From NCBI GenBank assembly GCA_965365465.1, contig CBDUBU010000002.1, forward strand, positions 1 through 50,858: a DNA stretch of 50,858 bases, in the 5' to 3' direction. This document shows, one piece after another, positions 19,232 to 27,829 of the stretch (the stretch's first letter is position 1; each line of letters opens with the position of its first letter). Source of the DNA: an uncultured Rhodothermaceae bacterium. GTDB taxonomy: Bacteria; Bacteroidota; Rhodothermia; Rhodothermales; DASSAV01. The notes beneath the pieces were generated by a model. The model searched no databases, was not told where the DNA came from, and saw only the letters and a list, made by a program, of their open reading frames with translations. The position numbers were made by a program, and so were the translations under genes.

Positions 19232-19301
19232 GCTTCTTGGTTTAAATTGAAGGAATCGGCGCTTACGGAAAACCTGTTTGAAGGATGCAGGGCAAAGAGC
19301 A

Positions 19302-19330
19302 ATATATACTGCTAAATCAAGAAATCGTCA
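19302..19330 (-). promoter_or_regulatory. Sigma-70-like promoter candidate for gene 18110..19231
   Basis: Minus strand TTGACG-17 nt-TATATA, about 70 nt upstream of the ATG at 19231. Sequence match only. Confidence 0.35.
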
Positions 19331-19357
19331 AGAAGGGAAGAATATAAGGTGAAGGAC

Positions 19358-19433
19358 GATTTTGCGGTTTGTTACGGTTTATCGTTGAGGCAAAACGGCC
19401 TTGAAGGGGCTAAAAAGAGCGTTTTACGGCTTT
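19358..19433 (+). repeat. Copy A of a roughly 75-nt T/A-tract-phased intergenic element (TTTTGCGGTTT motifs)
   Basis: By hand count, ungapped alignment to the reverse complement of 43921..43995 gives 62 identical positions out of 75. Confidence 0.8.
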
Positions 19434-19575
19434 TAGGGCGCCTAAACGCCCTCTTTGAGGTGAGCCGACGCGCCGGGCCGTCTTCCCATACGCACACGCC
19501 GTTCCGCGACGGTTGATCTGCCGGAGGCCGGATGTTCTCAACCCTTACCGCGCATAGACAGGATGAAGAACCATA

Positions 19576-19965
19576 TCACCTGGGACTGCCGGCGCCTGTA
19601 AATTCGACATACAACACATGCCGGGAAGATTCCTTCTGGTTGCGCTCTTCGCTAGCCATTCCGGTGAGGTCGCTCTTCATAAAGGAGATGAACACGTCGG
19701 CAGAGATTTCTCTTTCCTGATCTTCGTCGAGGAGCGTTCCTTCATAACGGATAGGATGGTTATACCAGCGCTCTCTGGGCAGTGCCTCCACTTCAACCAC
19801 AGCCTTGCCGTGCCACGTGCGAACGCCGGGAACCTGGGTAGGATTTCCTCGTGGATCAAGCATTTCAACGCGGGTTGCCTCTGTCCAGGCCAGCGCCTTG
19901 CACGATAAACCTCCCAGGCGGGCCTTGAGGAGCATATCCTCGGAAATTGATGTTCCTTTACTCAT
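19576..19965 (-). CDS. Hypothetical protein (129 aa)
   Basis: ATG ORF with balanced, protein-like composition, on the same strand as the two upstream genes. No family recognised. Confidence 0.5.
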   Translation of the reverse strand: MSKGTSISEDMLLKARLGGLSCKALAWTEATRVEMLDPRGNPTQVPGVRTWHGKAVVEVEALPRERWYNHPIRYEGTLLDEDQEREISADVFISFMKSDLTGMASEERNQKESSRHVLYVEFTGAGSPR

Positions 19966-19998
19966 ACCTTGCTGGTTTCCTGTTCCGGGTTACTCTTC

Positions 19999-20042
19999 TG
20001 GATCACTTGCGCTGCCCGAAACAGGGCAGCGCAAGTGATCCA
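19999..20042. repeat. Perfect 19-bp inverted repeat with a 6-nt loop (TGGATCACTTGCGCTGCCC-GAAACA-GGGCAGCGCAAGTGATCCA)
   Basis: Read directly. Lies between the stop of 20121..21044 and the start of 19576..19965 (both minus strand). No flanking T-run on either strand. Confidence 0.9.
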
Positions 20043-20120
20043 ACAGGCATTCTCTGCACAGATAACGGCGCAGCCAACCGTCGCGTTCCAGATGCAGAGC
20101 GGGCAGCCAGGCGGCGCGGG

Positions 20121-21044
20121 CTACTGGGCTTTAGCGGCAAGGCGCCATGCGCCAACCACGGGCTGATGCGGCGTTGACTGGACGCGCCAGTCCGGCAATA
20201 CCTCCAGAAGAGCTTGTTCGAGGGTTTCACGGTAGTGTACGGCTCTGGTCATGCCTCCCATCAAGGCAATCTGCGGCTTGATGTTGCCGCACCGCTGCAG
20301 CAGCCATACAACTTGTTCTGCAAGCGACCGTGTCTGCTGCGTAAGAATAGCCTGTGCGATGCTGTCGCCTTCTAGGGCGGCCTCAACTACAATCGGCCCC
20401 ATTCGCTGGACCGCCCATTGCTCCCTGTAGACGTGGTGAATCAACTCATCAGCAGCTTTTATGTTGAATCTTGATGCAAGCAGATCCTGAAGCTGAGTCG
20501 AGGGGCCGCCATCCAATGCGTGCGCAACGGCCCGTAGTCCATTCAGGCCGAGAATATACCCGCTTCCCTCGTCTCCCAGCAGGTAGCCCCAGCCGCCCGC
20601 ACGAAGCATAGCTCCGTCGACGGAACGGGCCAGAACCACCGAGCCGGTGCCCGCAATAACGATCACGCCGCTATCTCCCGGAAAAGCCGCTTCCAGCGCA
20701 ATTTCACCGTCATGCACCACTGAGATGACGGGAGGAGCAAGCGCGCCGAGAATCTGCCGTATTTTTAGTTCCAGCGTCTGTTGATCCTCGCTCCTGCCGG
20801 CCCCTGCCACGCCTGCGCAAACTGCTTGCAGGGCAGCGACAGGCCGCATCTGGATCGCTTCCTGGATTAGCCGGGCCAGGATGCGGGCAGAATCATCAAA
20901 ACCCAGGCGTTGCGGGTTAGCCGCCGGCCCAGACAGCGATAGTCTGTCACGCTCAAGGGAAACACAGGCTAAAAGCTCTGTTTTTGTGGCTCCAGCGTCC
21001 AATCCTATGTAAAGCAGTTCTTCTTCAGACAATGTTTTCTCCAT
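20121..21044 (-). CDS. BadF/BadG/BcrA/BcrD-type ATPase (N-acetylglucosamine kinase-like)
   Basis: 307 aa; ASKHA-fold motifs LYIGLDAGATKTE, VIAGTGSV, GGWGYLLGDEGSGY. Confidence 0.85.
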   Translation of the reverse strand: MEKTLSEEELLYIGLDAGATKTELLACVSLERDRLSLSGPAANPQRLGFDDSARILARLIQEAIQMRPVAALQAVCAGVAGAGRSEDQQTLELKIRQILGALAPPVISVVHDGEIALEAAFPGDSGVIVIAGTGSVVLARSVDGAMLRAGGWGYLLGDEGSGYILGLNGLRAVAHALDGGPSTQLQDLLASRFNIKAADELIHHVYREQWAVQRMGPIVVEAALEGDSIAQAILTQQTRSLAEQVVWLLQRCGNIKPQIALMGGMTRAVHYRETLEQALLEVLPDWRVQSTPHQPVVGAWRLAAKAQ

Positions 21045-21107
21045 CAGGTCAATACAGGTTGTGGCGGCAGCCGGTAACGTTGAGCCTCGTTGTGTAACTT
21101 TCTGCAG

Positions 21108-22010
21108 TCAGGTATGGCGAAGCGCAGCAATGATCCACTCGAAGTCTACGGCAGTCTGCACCGGATGAATGCGGCCGGGGAGGGGCGAATCCGGCGCCGC
21201 GACTCCGAACACAGCTCTGTTGTTGTCCAATGCCCAGGTCATTGCTTCCCATTCCGGAGTAGCTGGTCTGGGTTCGATAAAGACAGATGCATCGGACAGG
21301 GCTGCCTGGACCAGCGCACGTTCCTTGTCGTCATGTTCAAAAGGGCCATGGTTCATATCAAAGGATGAAATCAGCAATCCGCCCGCACGAACCACCGCGC
21401 TGGCTGCCGGGCGCATGGGTCTGGCAATGCGAGACAGCCCGCAGGCGGCAATCATGACGGATGGAGCAGAAGGAGAAGCCCCGGCCGTGACGCGGTGAAT
21501 CGCCGCATCAAATCCAGTCGCTGCACCCGTGGCAACAACAAAGGGTTCCGTAGCCGGTACACGCGCCAGATCCTGGGCAAGCTCGAAGGCAGACTCCGAA
21601 AGGGGAGGACGCGCAAAAAGAGCACACATACGCTGCTTCAGCGCAAGCCGGGGGCCGTAGGTATAGAGCAGCGCCGGTCGCAATCCGCGAGGCAGGTCGA
21701 TCAGCTTTGTATGCACGCGCTCGTCCAGAATGCAGAGGGCTTCAACCCCTTGGGCAGCCAGGGTATGGAGATGCTCTGTGGCATTGGCAATGCGCGCGTG
21801 CATGTCGTCCCTGTTCAGAAGGCCGGCTGCAAGCGCCTCCGCGTTGGGAGACCCCTTCAATCGAAGCAAGATCTGCTCGTGTGGATAGCGGCTCAGTTCG
21901 TCGTACGTTGCGAAATGCCTGAGTATCCGTCCCGCCGTAACGCGACCAATGCCCGGCATTTCCTGCAATGCACAGGCAAAGGCGGACTGAGGGGAAACGG
22001 GGTCAGGCAT
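21108..22010 (-). CDS. Divergent DprA/Smf-like (SLOG-fold) paralog with N-terminal helix-hairpin-helix
   Basis: 300 aa. Collinear with the canonical DprA at 39964..41100 (MPGIGRVTAGRILRHF vs VPGVGPGRIRALLARF; VVATGAATGFDAAIH vs IVSGLAYGIDAAAH; NRAVFGVA vs NREVFAIPG), but most signature residues are replaced. Confidence 0.6.
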   Translation of the reverse strand: MPDPVSPQSAFACALQEMPGIGRVTAGRILRHFATYDELSRYPHEQILLRLKGSPNAEALAAGLLNRDDMHARIANATEHLHTLAAQGVEALCILDERVHTKLIDLPRGLRPALLYTYGPRLALKQRMCALFARPPLSESAFELAQDLARVPATEPFVVATGAATGFDAAIHRVTAGASPSAPSVMIAACGLSRIARPMRPAASAVVRAGGLLISSFDMNHGPFEHDDKERALVQAALSDASVFIEPRPATPEWEAMTWALDNNRAVFGVAAPDSPLPGRIHPVQTAVDFEWIIAALRHT

Positions 22011-22301
22011 GGGCAGCTTGCCGGAGTTCCTGAATGCAGCTTGTTACGAGTGTATCCGAAGATACATACTCTACACGACGAGATCACCTGCTTTCACATT
22101 CCAGTTATGGCCCCCGACGACCTGCGAGCGCGACAGCTTCTTTTTGCTGCTGAGTTCACTACATGATTACGATTGCTGCGAAGCGTTTCTACGTGGGTGC
22201 GCGTTGGAAAGAGGCAAAGTGGATGGCGGGCTTCTTAAATACGGAAGTACGGCTTTTATCCCAGAGAAACCAGTGAGATAACAAAAAGAAGGAGGTGCGT
22301 T

Positions 22302-22880
22302 GTGAGCGACCGAATGGATGCCATTAACAAACACACCAGCGACATGAGCGCTGTGATTGAGCACATTCTTGAAGCCGTCAAGCGGCAGCGGGAAGATGAG
22401 ACGGTGCGCAATCATCTCGATGCGAACAAAGTGATTATCGAGATCGAACGGGTGCTCAAGCAGCACGCTTCAGCGCTCGAAAATCTGGCCGAACAATTGG
22501 GCGCCAAAGGTGAGTCCGTTGTAAAAAAAGCCATTACCGAAGCGTTAGGTATTGCCGCAGGTCTTTACGATAAGGTGCGCCAGGACAAAGTGTCGCGTAT
22601 GCTGCGTGATGATTACACGGCGCTGAGCCTCGCTGCCATGGGATACACGGCGATGCATACGTTTGGTCTTGCTATCAAAGAGGACCGCATAGCGAACCTT
22701 GCCCTGAATCACCTGAAGGATGTCACGCCGCTGCTGGTTGAGTTGAGCAAGGTGCTGCCCCTCGTCGTAGCTCAGGAGACAAAGGAGGAAAACGACTTTC
22801 CCGTTGATGCTTCTGCCGGAGAAACAGCGGTGACCAACACACAGCACGCATGGGATAATGAAGTGACTTCCCGCGTTTAG
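22302..22880 (+). CDS. Hypothetical all-helical protein (possibly a ferritin-like/DUF892-type helical bundle)
   Basis: 192 aa; GTG start with strong SD AAGGAGGTG; followed by a clean terminator. The family assignment is only a weak resemblance. Confidence 0.6.
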   Translation: MSDRMDAINKHTSDMSAVIEHILEAVKRQREDETVRNHLDANKVIIEIERVLKQHASALENLAEQLGAKGESVVKKAITEALGIAAGLYDKVRQDKVSRMLRDDYTALSLAAMGYTAMHTFGLAIKEDRIANLALNHLKDVTPLLVELSKVLPLVVAQETKEENDFPVDASAGETAVTNTQHAWDNEVTSRV

Positions 22881-22906
22881 CGTCAAGCCGTTGCATGAAA
22901 CTAAAG

Positions 22907-22942
22907 GAGGCCGCCCGGTTTTCGTACGGGGCGGCCTCTTTT
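22907..22942 (+). terminator. Rho-independent terminator
   Basis: GAGGCCGCCC-loop-GGGCGGCCTC followed by TTTT, between convergent genes. Confidence 0.75.
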
Positions 22943-22965
22943 ATGACAAAGCGGTTTTTCAGCGC

Positions 22966-23625
22966 TCAATGGTCCCGAATGATGGTGATGCGCTCCTCAA
23001 GAGGAATGGATTCGGGCTTGGGCATGATAAAGGACAGCACGAGATAAGCCAGGAAAAAAGGCCCACCGGAGGCGATAGTGCCGATCACAAAGGCAATTCG
23101 CACCAGCGTAGGATCGATTCCAAAATAGTCGGCTATACCGCCGCAAACGCCTGCAATCTTTTTGTCGCGGGATGAACGAACGAGGCGTCTTTTTTTCCTG
23201 TCGCCTGGCTCCACAACAATTTTGGACTTGCCTGACGGGAGATCGATTTTCTGTTTTAACCTGGCCTTCCTCGTTTTCTTTTTGGGACGCCAGGAAAGCA
23301 CGCCGAAGCCAAGCAGAATAATCAAGATGCCGGCCAGCCAGGGAAGCATCCCGACCAGCACGCTTATGTCGAATCCATTCCACATTCCCAGTTCCTGGAA
23401 CAGATAAGCGACTCCGACCAGAATGAGCGACAATCCGGCCATTGTGGGTAGATTCCAGAATCCTTTGTTGGGTTTTTCCTCTTCATTGAAGAGTAAACTC
23501 TCTACCTCTTCGTCGGAAAGGGATTCCAGGTCCAGGTTCTTTTCTTCTTCGTAGAAGAAAGGATCCTCTCTTTCGCTGGTAACGTTGCGAGTGCGTGTCT
23601 TCATGGTTGAAAAAGGCTGATGCAC
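22966..23625 (-). CDS. PspC-domain membrane protein
   Basis: 219 aa; C-terminal PspC motif KKIAGVCGGIADYFGIDPTLVRIAFVI preceded by two TM helices and a basic linker. Confidence 0.8.
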   Translation of the reverse strand: MHQPFSTMKTRTRNVTSEREDPFFYEEEKNLDLESLSDEEVESLLFNEEEKPNKGFWNLPTMAGLSLILVGVAYLFQELGMWNGFDISVLVGMLPWLAGILIILLGFGVLSWRPKKKTRKARLKQKIDLPSGKSKIVVEPGDRKKRRLVRSSRDKKIAGVCGGIADYFGIDPTLVRIAFVIGTIASGGPFFLAYLVLSFIMPKPESIPLEERITIIRDH

Positions 23626-23653
23626 AGACTGAAGTTGTTCTACGTCTCGCTGG

Positions 23654-24277
23654 TCAGGAGGTTACATCTCCGTATGGACGAATGACCTCCTGTTCCGTGA
23701 CAAGGATTGAAATCGGCACATCGTGCGGATCAATCGGAAGGATGTCAACAAGGCAGGAGCCATATACCGGGCACACGGTAGAGACGGACATCTGGCTTAA
23801 TAGTTCGTCGTAAAATCCCAACCCCTGCCCGATGCGATAGCCTCGCCGATCTGCTCCGAGTGCAGGCACAATGACGAGGTCGATAGCATCGAGTGGAACG
23901 GTTTCAGCCTCCGAGGGTTCATGGATGCCCCAGCGATTAGCCAGTAACAGGTTTTCGCTCCTGAAAGGCCGGTGTTCCATTCGGACGCCCTCTCCGGAAT
24001 TTCCATTGAAATCTAGTACTGCCGGAAGGACGATTTGTTTGTCCTTTTTTAGCAGCCAACGGGTCAGCGGACGGATGTCTACCTCATGGCGCTCGATCAT
24101 AGGCCAGAACACATGCACCGTTTTTGCTGCTGCTATCTCGGGAAGGTTTTTCAGGCGTTCAACGATAGCAGCGCTCTGCAAGGCATACTGCGCAGGGGTC
24201 AGTTGCCTGCGGTAAGTCCGAAAGCGCGCGCGCAACGCTGTCTTTGAAAGCGTATGATCCGATATAGGGGCTGCCAT
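23654..24277 (-). CDS. 5-formyltetrahydrofolate cyclo-ligase
   Basis: 207 aa; C-terminal VPALGADRRGYRIGQGLGFYD motif typical of MTHFS. Confidence 0.85.
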   Translation of the reverse strand: MAAPISDHTLSKTALRARFRTYRRQLTPAQYALQSAAIVERLKNLPEIAAAKTVHVFWPMIERHEVDIRPLTRWLLKKDKQIVLPAVLDFNGNSGEGVRMEHRPFRSENLLLANRWGIHEPSEAETVPLDAIDLVIVPALGADRRGYRIGQGLGFYDELLSQMSVSTVCPVYGSCLVDILPIDPHDVPISILVTEQEVIRPYGDVTS

Positions 24278-24368
24278 CAGGTCAAAAAATGACTTCTTTC
24301 ACGGGAAGGGATCGGGGCATCAAGCAGGCAAACGCTCCTGATCCGTCATTTGAATAAGCACATTCTGT

Positions 24369-24746
24369 ATGAACAAAGCAAAGGTGGTAGATCGTTTAAC
24401 CGGCTTTGAGGAATACCGGGAAAGAATGAACCGGCGCATTCTGGATGAAGGGAGCCATCTCGGTATAAAAAGGTTCTTCAACCTGGACACGGCGGCCTAC
24501 CGTGAAGGAGCGCTGGACGCTGCGACCAAAGAACTGCTGGGGCTGGTGGCCTCCCTGGTGTTGCGCTGCAACGATTGCATAGACTATCACCTTATCCAGT
24601 GCCGAGATGCCGGATTTACCGATGAACAACTGAACGATGCAATGAACGTGGCGCTGGTTGTGGGAGGCTCCATCGTGATTCCACACTTGCGTCATGCCGT
24701 TGAAACCCTGGATTTGCTGCGTGTACGTGAAAGAGTTGGTGAATAG
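24369..24746 (+). CDS. Carboxymuconolactone decarboxylase / AhpD-like family protein
   Basis: 125 aa; CxxC-type motif RCNDCIDYH in a helical AhpD-like context. Confidence 0.8.
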   Translation: MNKAKVVDRLTGFEEYRERMNRRILDEGSHLGIKRFFNLDTAAYREGALDAATKELLGLVASLVLRCNDCIDYHLIQCRDAGFTDEQLNDAMNVALVVGGSIVIPHLRHAVETLDLLRVRERVGE

Positions 24747-24908
24747 TGAGTTGCAAGGGGCTTACTCTGCGCTGCCTCCGGATCTCTGCGGGGGGTATTT
24801 GTTGTTAATGGTTGATGAGTGCCGTAAATTATCCTGTCTGCGCGGCGGCGACCACGGCAACTGCTGTGGTCGATTCATATAAAGCGTTAGCCGTACCTGT
24901 AACGTTGT

Positions 24909-26258
24909 ATGTTTGAGAGTCTTTCCGAAAAACTGGAAGGGGCCCTGAAGGGGGTAACCGGCCAGGGGCGTATTAATGAACTGAATATCGCGCAGACCAT
25001 GCGTGAGATTCGTCGTGCGCTTCTGGATGCGGATGTCAACTATCAGGTAGCACGTGACTTCACCGAACGGGTGAAGGAGCAAGCCCTCGGCGATAAGGTG
25101 CTTACTTCCGTAGCTCCCGGTCAGCAGTTGGTCAAGATTGTTTACGACGAACTGGTTTATTTCCTGGGGGAGGAACAGGTAGACATCAAGCGGGCGCAAA
25201 CCCCGCCGACCATCATTCTTGTAGCCGGCCTGCAAGGATCCGGCAAAACAACCTTTTGCGGGAAACTCGCCCAGTTTTTCAAAAGCCAGGGACGCGCTCC
25301 GCTTCTCGCGGCTGCCGACGTGTACCGCCCGGCGGCCGTGGACCAGTTGAAGTCGCTCGCTTCTTCAATCAAGACGCCCGTATACGCGATTGAAGAAAAT
25401 GGGCAGGTCGTGCAGGATGCCGTTCGTGTAGCGAAAGAGGCCGTTGCTGAGGCGCGGCGCACGGCGCGTGACATTGTTATCATTGATACCGCCGGTCGCC
25501 TGCACGTCGACGAGCGCATGATGCAGGAAGTGGAGAACATCAAAACCGCTGTCCAGCCGACCGAGATTCTGTTCGTGGTCGATAGCATGACCGGGCAAGA
25601 CGCGGTCAACACGGCGCAGGAGTTCAACAAGCGCCTTGACTTTGACGGGGTCGTTCTCACGAAGCTCGATGGCGATACACGCGGCGGCGCGGCGCTTTCA
25701 ATACGGTCGGTTGTCCAGAAACCCATCAAGTTCGCCTCAACGGGCGAGAAGATGGACGCGCTGACGCCTTTCTACCCGGATCGCATGGCGCAGCGCATTC
25801 TTGGCATGGGAGACGTTGTTTCCTTTGTAGAGCGTGCGCAGGAGCAGTTCGACGAGAAGCAGGCCGAAAAGCTTCAGAAAAAAATTCGCACGGAAGAGTT
25901 CAATCTGGAGGACTTTTTCGATCAGCTCCAGCGCATCAAGAAGATGGGTTCGCTCAAGGACCTCATCGGCATGATTCCGGGGATCGGCCGGCAGATGCGC
26001 GATCTGGATGTAGACGACGATGCGTTCAAGCAGATTGAGGCAATGATTCAGTCTATGACCCTGGAGGAACGGCAGAACCCGGATCTCATCAATGGAAGCC
26101 GCCGCCGTCGTATTGCGATGGGCAGCGGCGTGGAAGTCAGGGATGTCAATCAGCTTCTCAAGCAGTTCCGCGAGATGAAAAAAATGATGAAAACCATGAC
26201 GAAGCTGCTAGGCAAGGGCCGTTCGGTTGATCTGTCGGCTTTAATGGGAGGAAAATAG
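24909..26258 (+). CDS. ffh: Signal recognition particle protein Ffh
   Basis: 449 aa; N/G domain motifs GLQGSGKTT, DTAGRL, TKLDGDTRGG and a Met-rich M domain. Confidence 0.97.
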   Translation: MFESLSEKLEGALKGVTGQGRINELNIAQTMREIRRALLDADVNYQVARDFTERVKEQALGDKVLTSVAPGQQLVKIVYDELVYFLGEEQVDIKRAQTPPTIILVAGLQGSGKTTFCGKLAQFFKSQGRAPLLAAADVYRPAAVDQLKSLASSIKTPVYAIEENGQVVQDAVRVAKEAVAEARRTARDIVIIDTAGRLHVDERMMQEVENIKTAVQPTEILFVVDSMTGQDAVNTAQEFNKRLDFDGVVLTKLDGDTRGGAALSIRSVVQKPIKFASTGEKMDALTPFYPDRMAQRILGMGDVVSFVERAQEQFDEKQAEKLQKKIRTEEFNLEDFFDQLQRIKKMGSLKDLIGMIPGIGRQMRDLDVDDDAFKQIEAMIQSMTLEERQNPDLINGSRRRRIAMGSGVEVRDVNQLLKQFREMKKMMKTMTKLLGKGRSVDLSALMGGK

Positions 26259-26359
26259 ACAGGAATTGAAAAGGTTGAGGCGGCGGCGCCGTGGCAGGGA
26301 TTTGAGCGGCGCTCAGAGATAGAAAACAAACAACAAACCAGAAGCAAGGTAATTAAGTC

Positions 26360-27178
26360 GTGGCAGTTAAACTTCGCTTACGCCGGATGGGGCGTAAAAA
26401 GCGCCCGATCTACTCGGTGGTCGCTACTGATTCTCGAAGCCCGCGCGATGGGCGTTTCATTGAAGATCTCGGGCGCTACACTCCTGTTGACGAGCCTGCC
26501 GGGCTGGACCTGAAGCAGGATCGCATTCTTTACTGGCTGGAGCAGGGCGCGCTTCCTTCCGAGACGGTGCGGAGCTTGTTGAGCCGGGAAGGATTGCTCC
26601 TGGCCAACAGTCTGCGGCTGAAAGGCAAGACGCCGGAAGAGATTCAGGAGGCTATTGAGAAACATCGTGTACAACATGCTCAAAAGGAAAGCGCTGTGAA
26701 AACGACTCCGGCAGCACGCCGGAGGCAGGCGCTGAATGAGGAGCGGAAGCGCGTTGCCGAGGAAGAGGCCAGAAACGCGAAAGCCAGAGCGGAGGCCGAA
26801 GCCGAAGCCAGGCGTCAGGCTGACGAGGCGCGCCGTCGGGTGCAGGAAGAAGCTGCCCGTGCGCAAGAAGAAGCAAAAAGAGCGCAGGAGGAGGCCAATC
26901 GCGCACAGGTTGAAGCCGATCAGGGTGAACCAGCGGCAGAAACACCTGTGAAAGAAATGGAGGCCGCGGATTCTGCCGCTCAAGGTTCTGCTGAAGAATT
27001 GCCTCGTTCAGGGGATGCTTCCGAGCCTGAAGTGAAAAAAGAGGCTGAAGCGCCTTCAGCGGCAACCGGAGGGAATGCCGAGCCTGCTGCGGAGAAGGAG
27101 ATTGCGCCGGAGACGATGAAGGAGGAAAAGGCTGCCGCTGCGGAGCCTGAAGCATCGTCCGACGAGGAAAAGGCGTAA
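26360..27178 (+). CDS. rpsP: 30S ribosomal protein S16 with a roughly 185-aa low-complexity C-terminal extension
   Basis: GTG start; N-terminal [42 protein letters not shown] is canonical S16. The remainder is A/E/K/R-rich, including three tandem heptads QEEA(A/K/N)RA. Confidence 0.9.
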   Translation: MAVKLRLRRMGRKKRPIYSVVATDSRSPRDGRFIEDLGRYTPVDEPAGLDLKQDRILYWLEQGALPSETVRSLLSREGLLLANSLRLKGKTPEEIQEAIEKHRVQHAQKESAVKTTPAARRRQALNEERKRVAEEEARNAKARAEAEAEARRQADEARRRVQEEAARAQEEAKRAQEEANRAQVEADQGEPAAETPVKEMEAADSAAQGSAEELPRSGDASEPEVKKEAEAPSAATGGNAEPAAEKEIAPETMKEEKAAAAEPEASSDEEKA

Positions 27179-27209
27179 GGCCCCGGAGTTGGTTGAACAA
27201 AGCATCCTT

Positions 27210-27779
27210 ATGCCGAACGCAAACCAGGCCGCCCGAAGCACAGAGGAGGACGATTTCCGCTCGTTGATACTGATCGGGAGAATCTTTCGTGCTCACGGGG
27301 TGCGCGGTGAAGTGAAGGTAATTCCGGAGACCGATGACCCCGAGCGCTTTCGTGATCTGGAGTGCGTGCGGGTGGGCAGGAGTCTTGAAAAGACCGAATC
27401 ATGCGCCGTTGAAACGGTTCGTTTTCAGCAGTCCCGGCATGGCGTGACGGTCATTCTCAAACTGCAAGGGGTGGCTTCTCGTGAGGAAGCCGACGCATTG
27501 AGGCAAGCATTGGTGTACGCTCGGGAAGAGGATTTGCCGCCTCTGGCAGAGGATGAACTGTTTATCCATGATTTGATCGGGCTTCAGGTTGTCACGGAAG
27601 ACGGCGCCGTGGTGGGAGCAGTGAAGGATATACTGGAAATGCCTGGCCATGATACGTTGCTGATTGAACGCGACGGACAGCCGGATGCCATGATTCCGCT
27701 TGTGCCTGAGTTCATTGTCGAGATGCGTGTCCAGGAGGCGCGTGTTGTCGTTCGGCTCATTGAGGGTCTGCTCGAATAG
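27210..27779 (+). CDS. rimM: 16S rRNA processing protein RimM
   Basis: GRIFRAHGVRGEVKV motif and PRC-barrel C-terminus; conserved position between rpsP and trmD. The frame is open from a TTG at 27189. Confidence 0.88.
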   Translation: MPNANQAARSTEEDDFRSLILIGRIFRAHGVRGEVKVIPETDDPERFRDLECVRVGRSLEKTESCAVETVRFQQSRHGVTVILKLQGVASREEADALRQALVYAREEDLPPLAEDELFIHDLIGLQVVTEDGAVVGAVKDILEMPGHDTLLIERDGQPDAMIPLVPEFIVEMRVQEARVVVRLIEGLLE

Positions 27780-27829
27780 GACTTCCGGATTCGTACAGCA
27801 CCATCGCCTTGTGAAGGGTTGTTCTGGTT

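Noticed and set aside
24278-24368. Possible 6S RNA (ssrS) upstream of the 5-formyl-THF cyclo-ligase gene, as in E. coli ssrS-ygfA
   Set aside because: The gap is only 91 nt, too short for a roughly 180-nt 6S RNA, and it has no extended imperfect-duplex potential.
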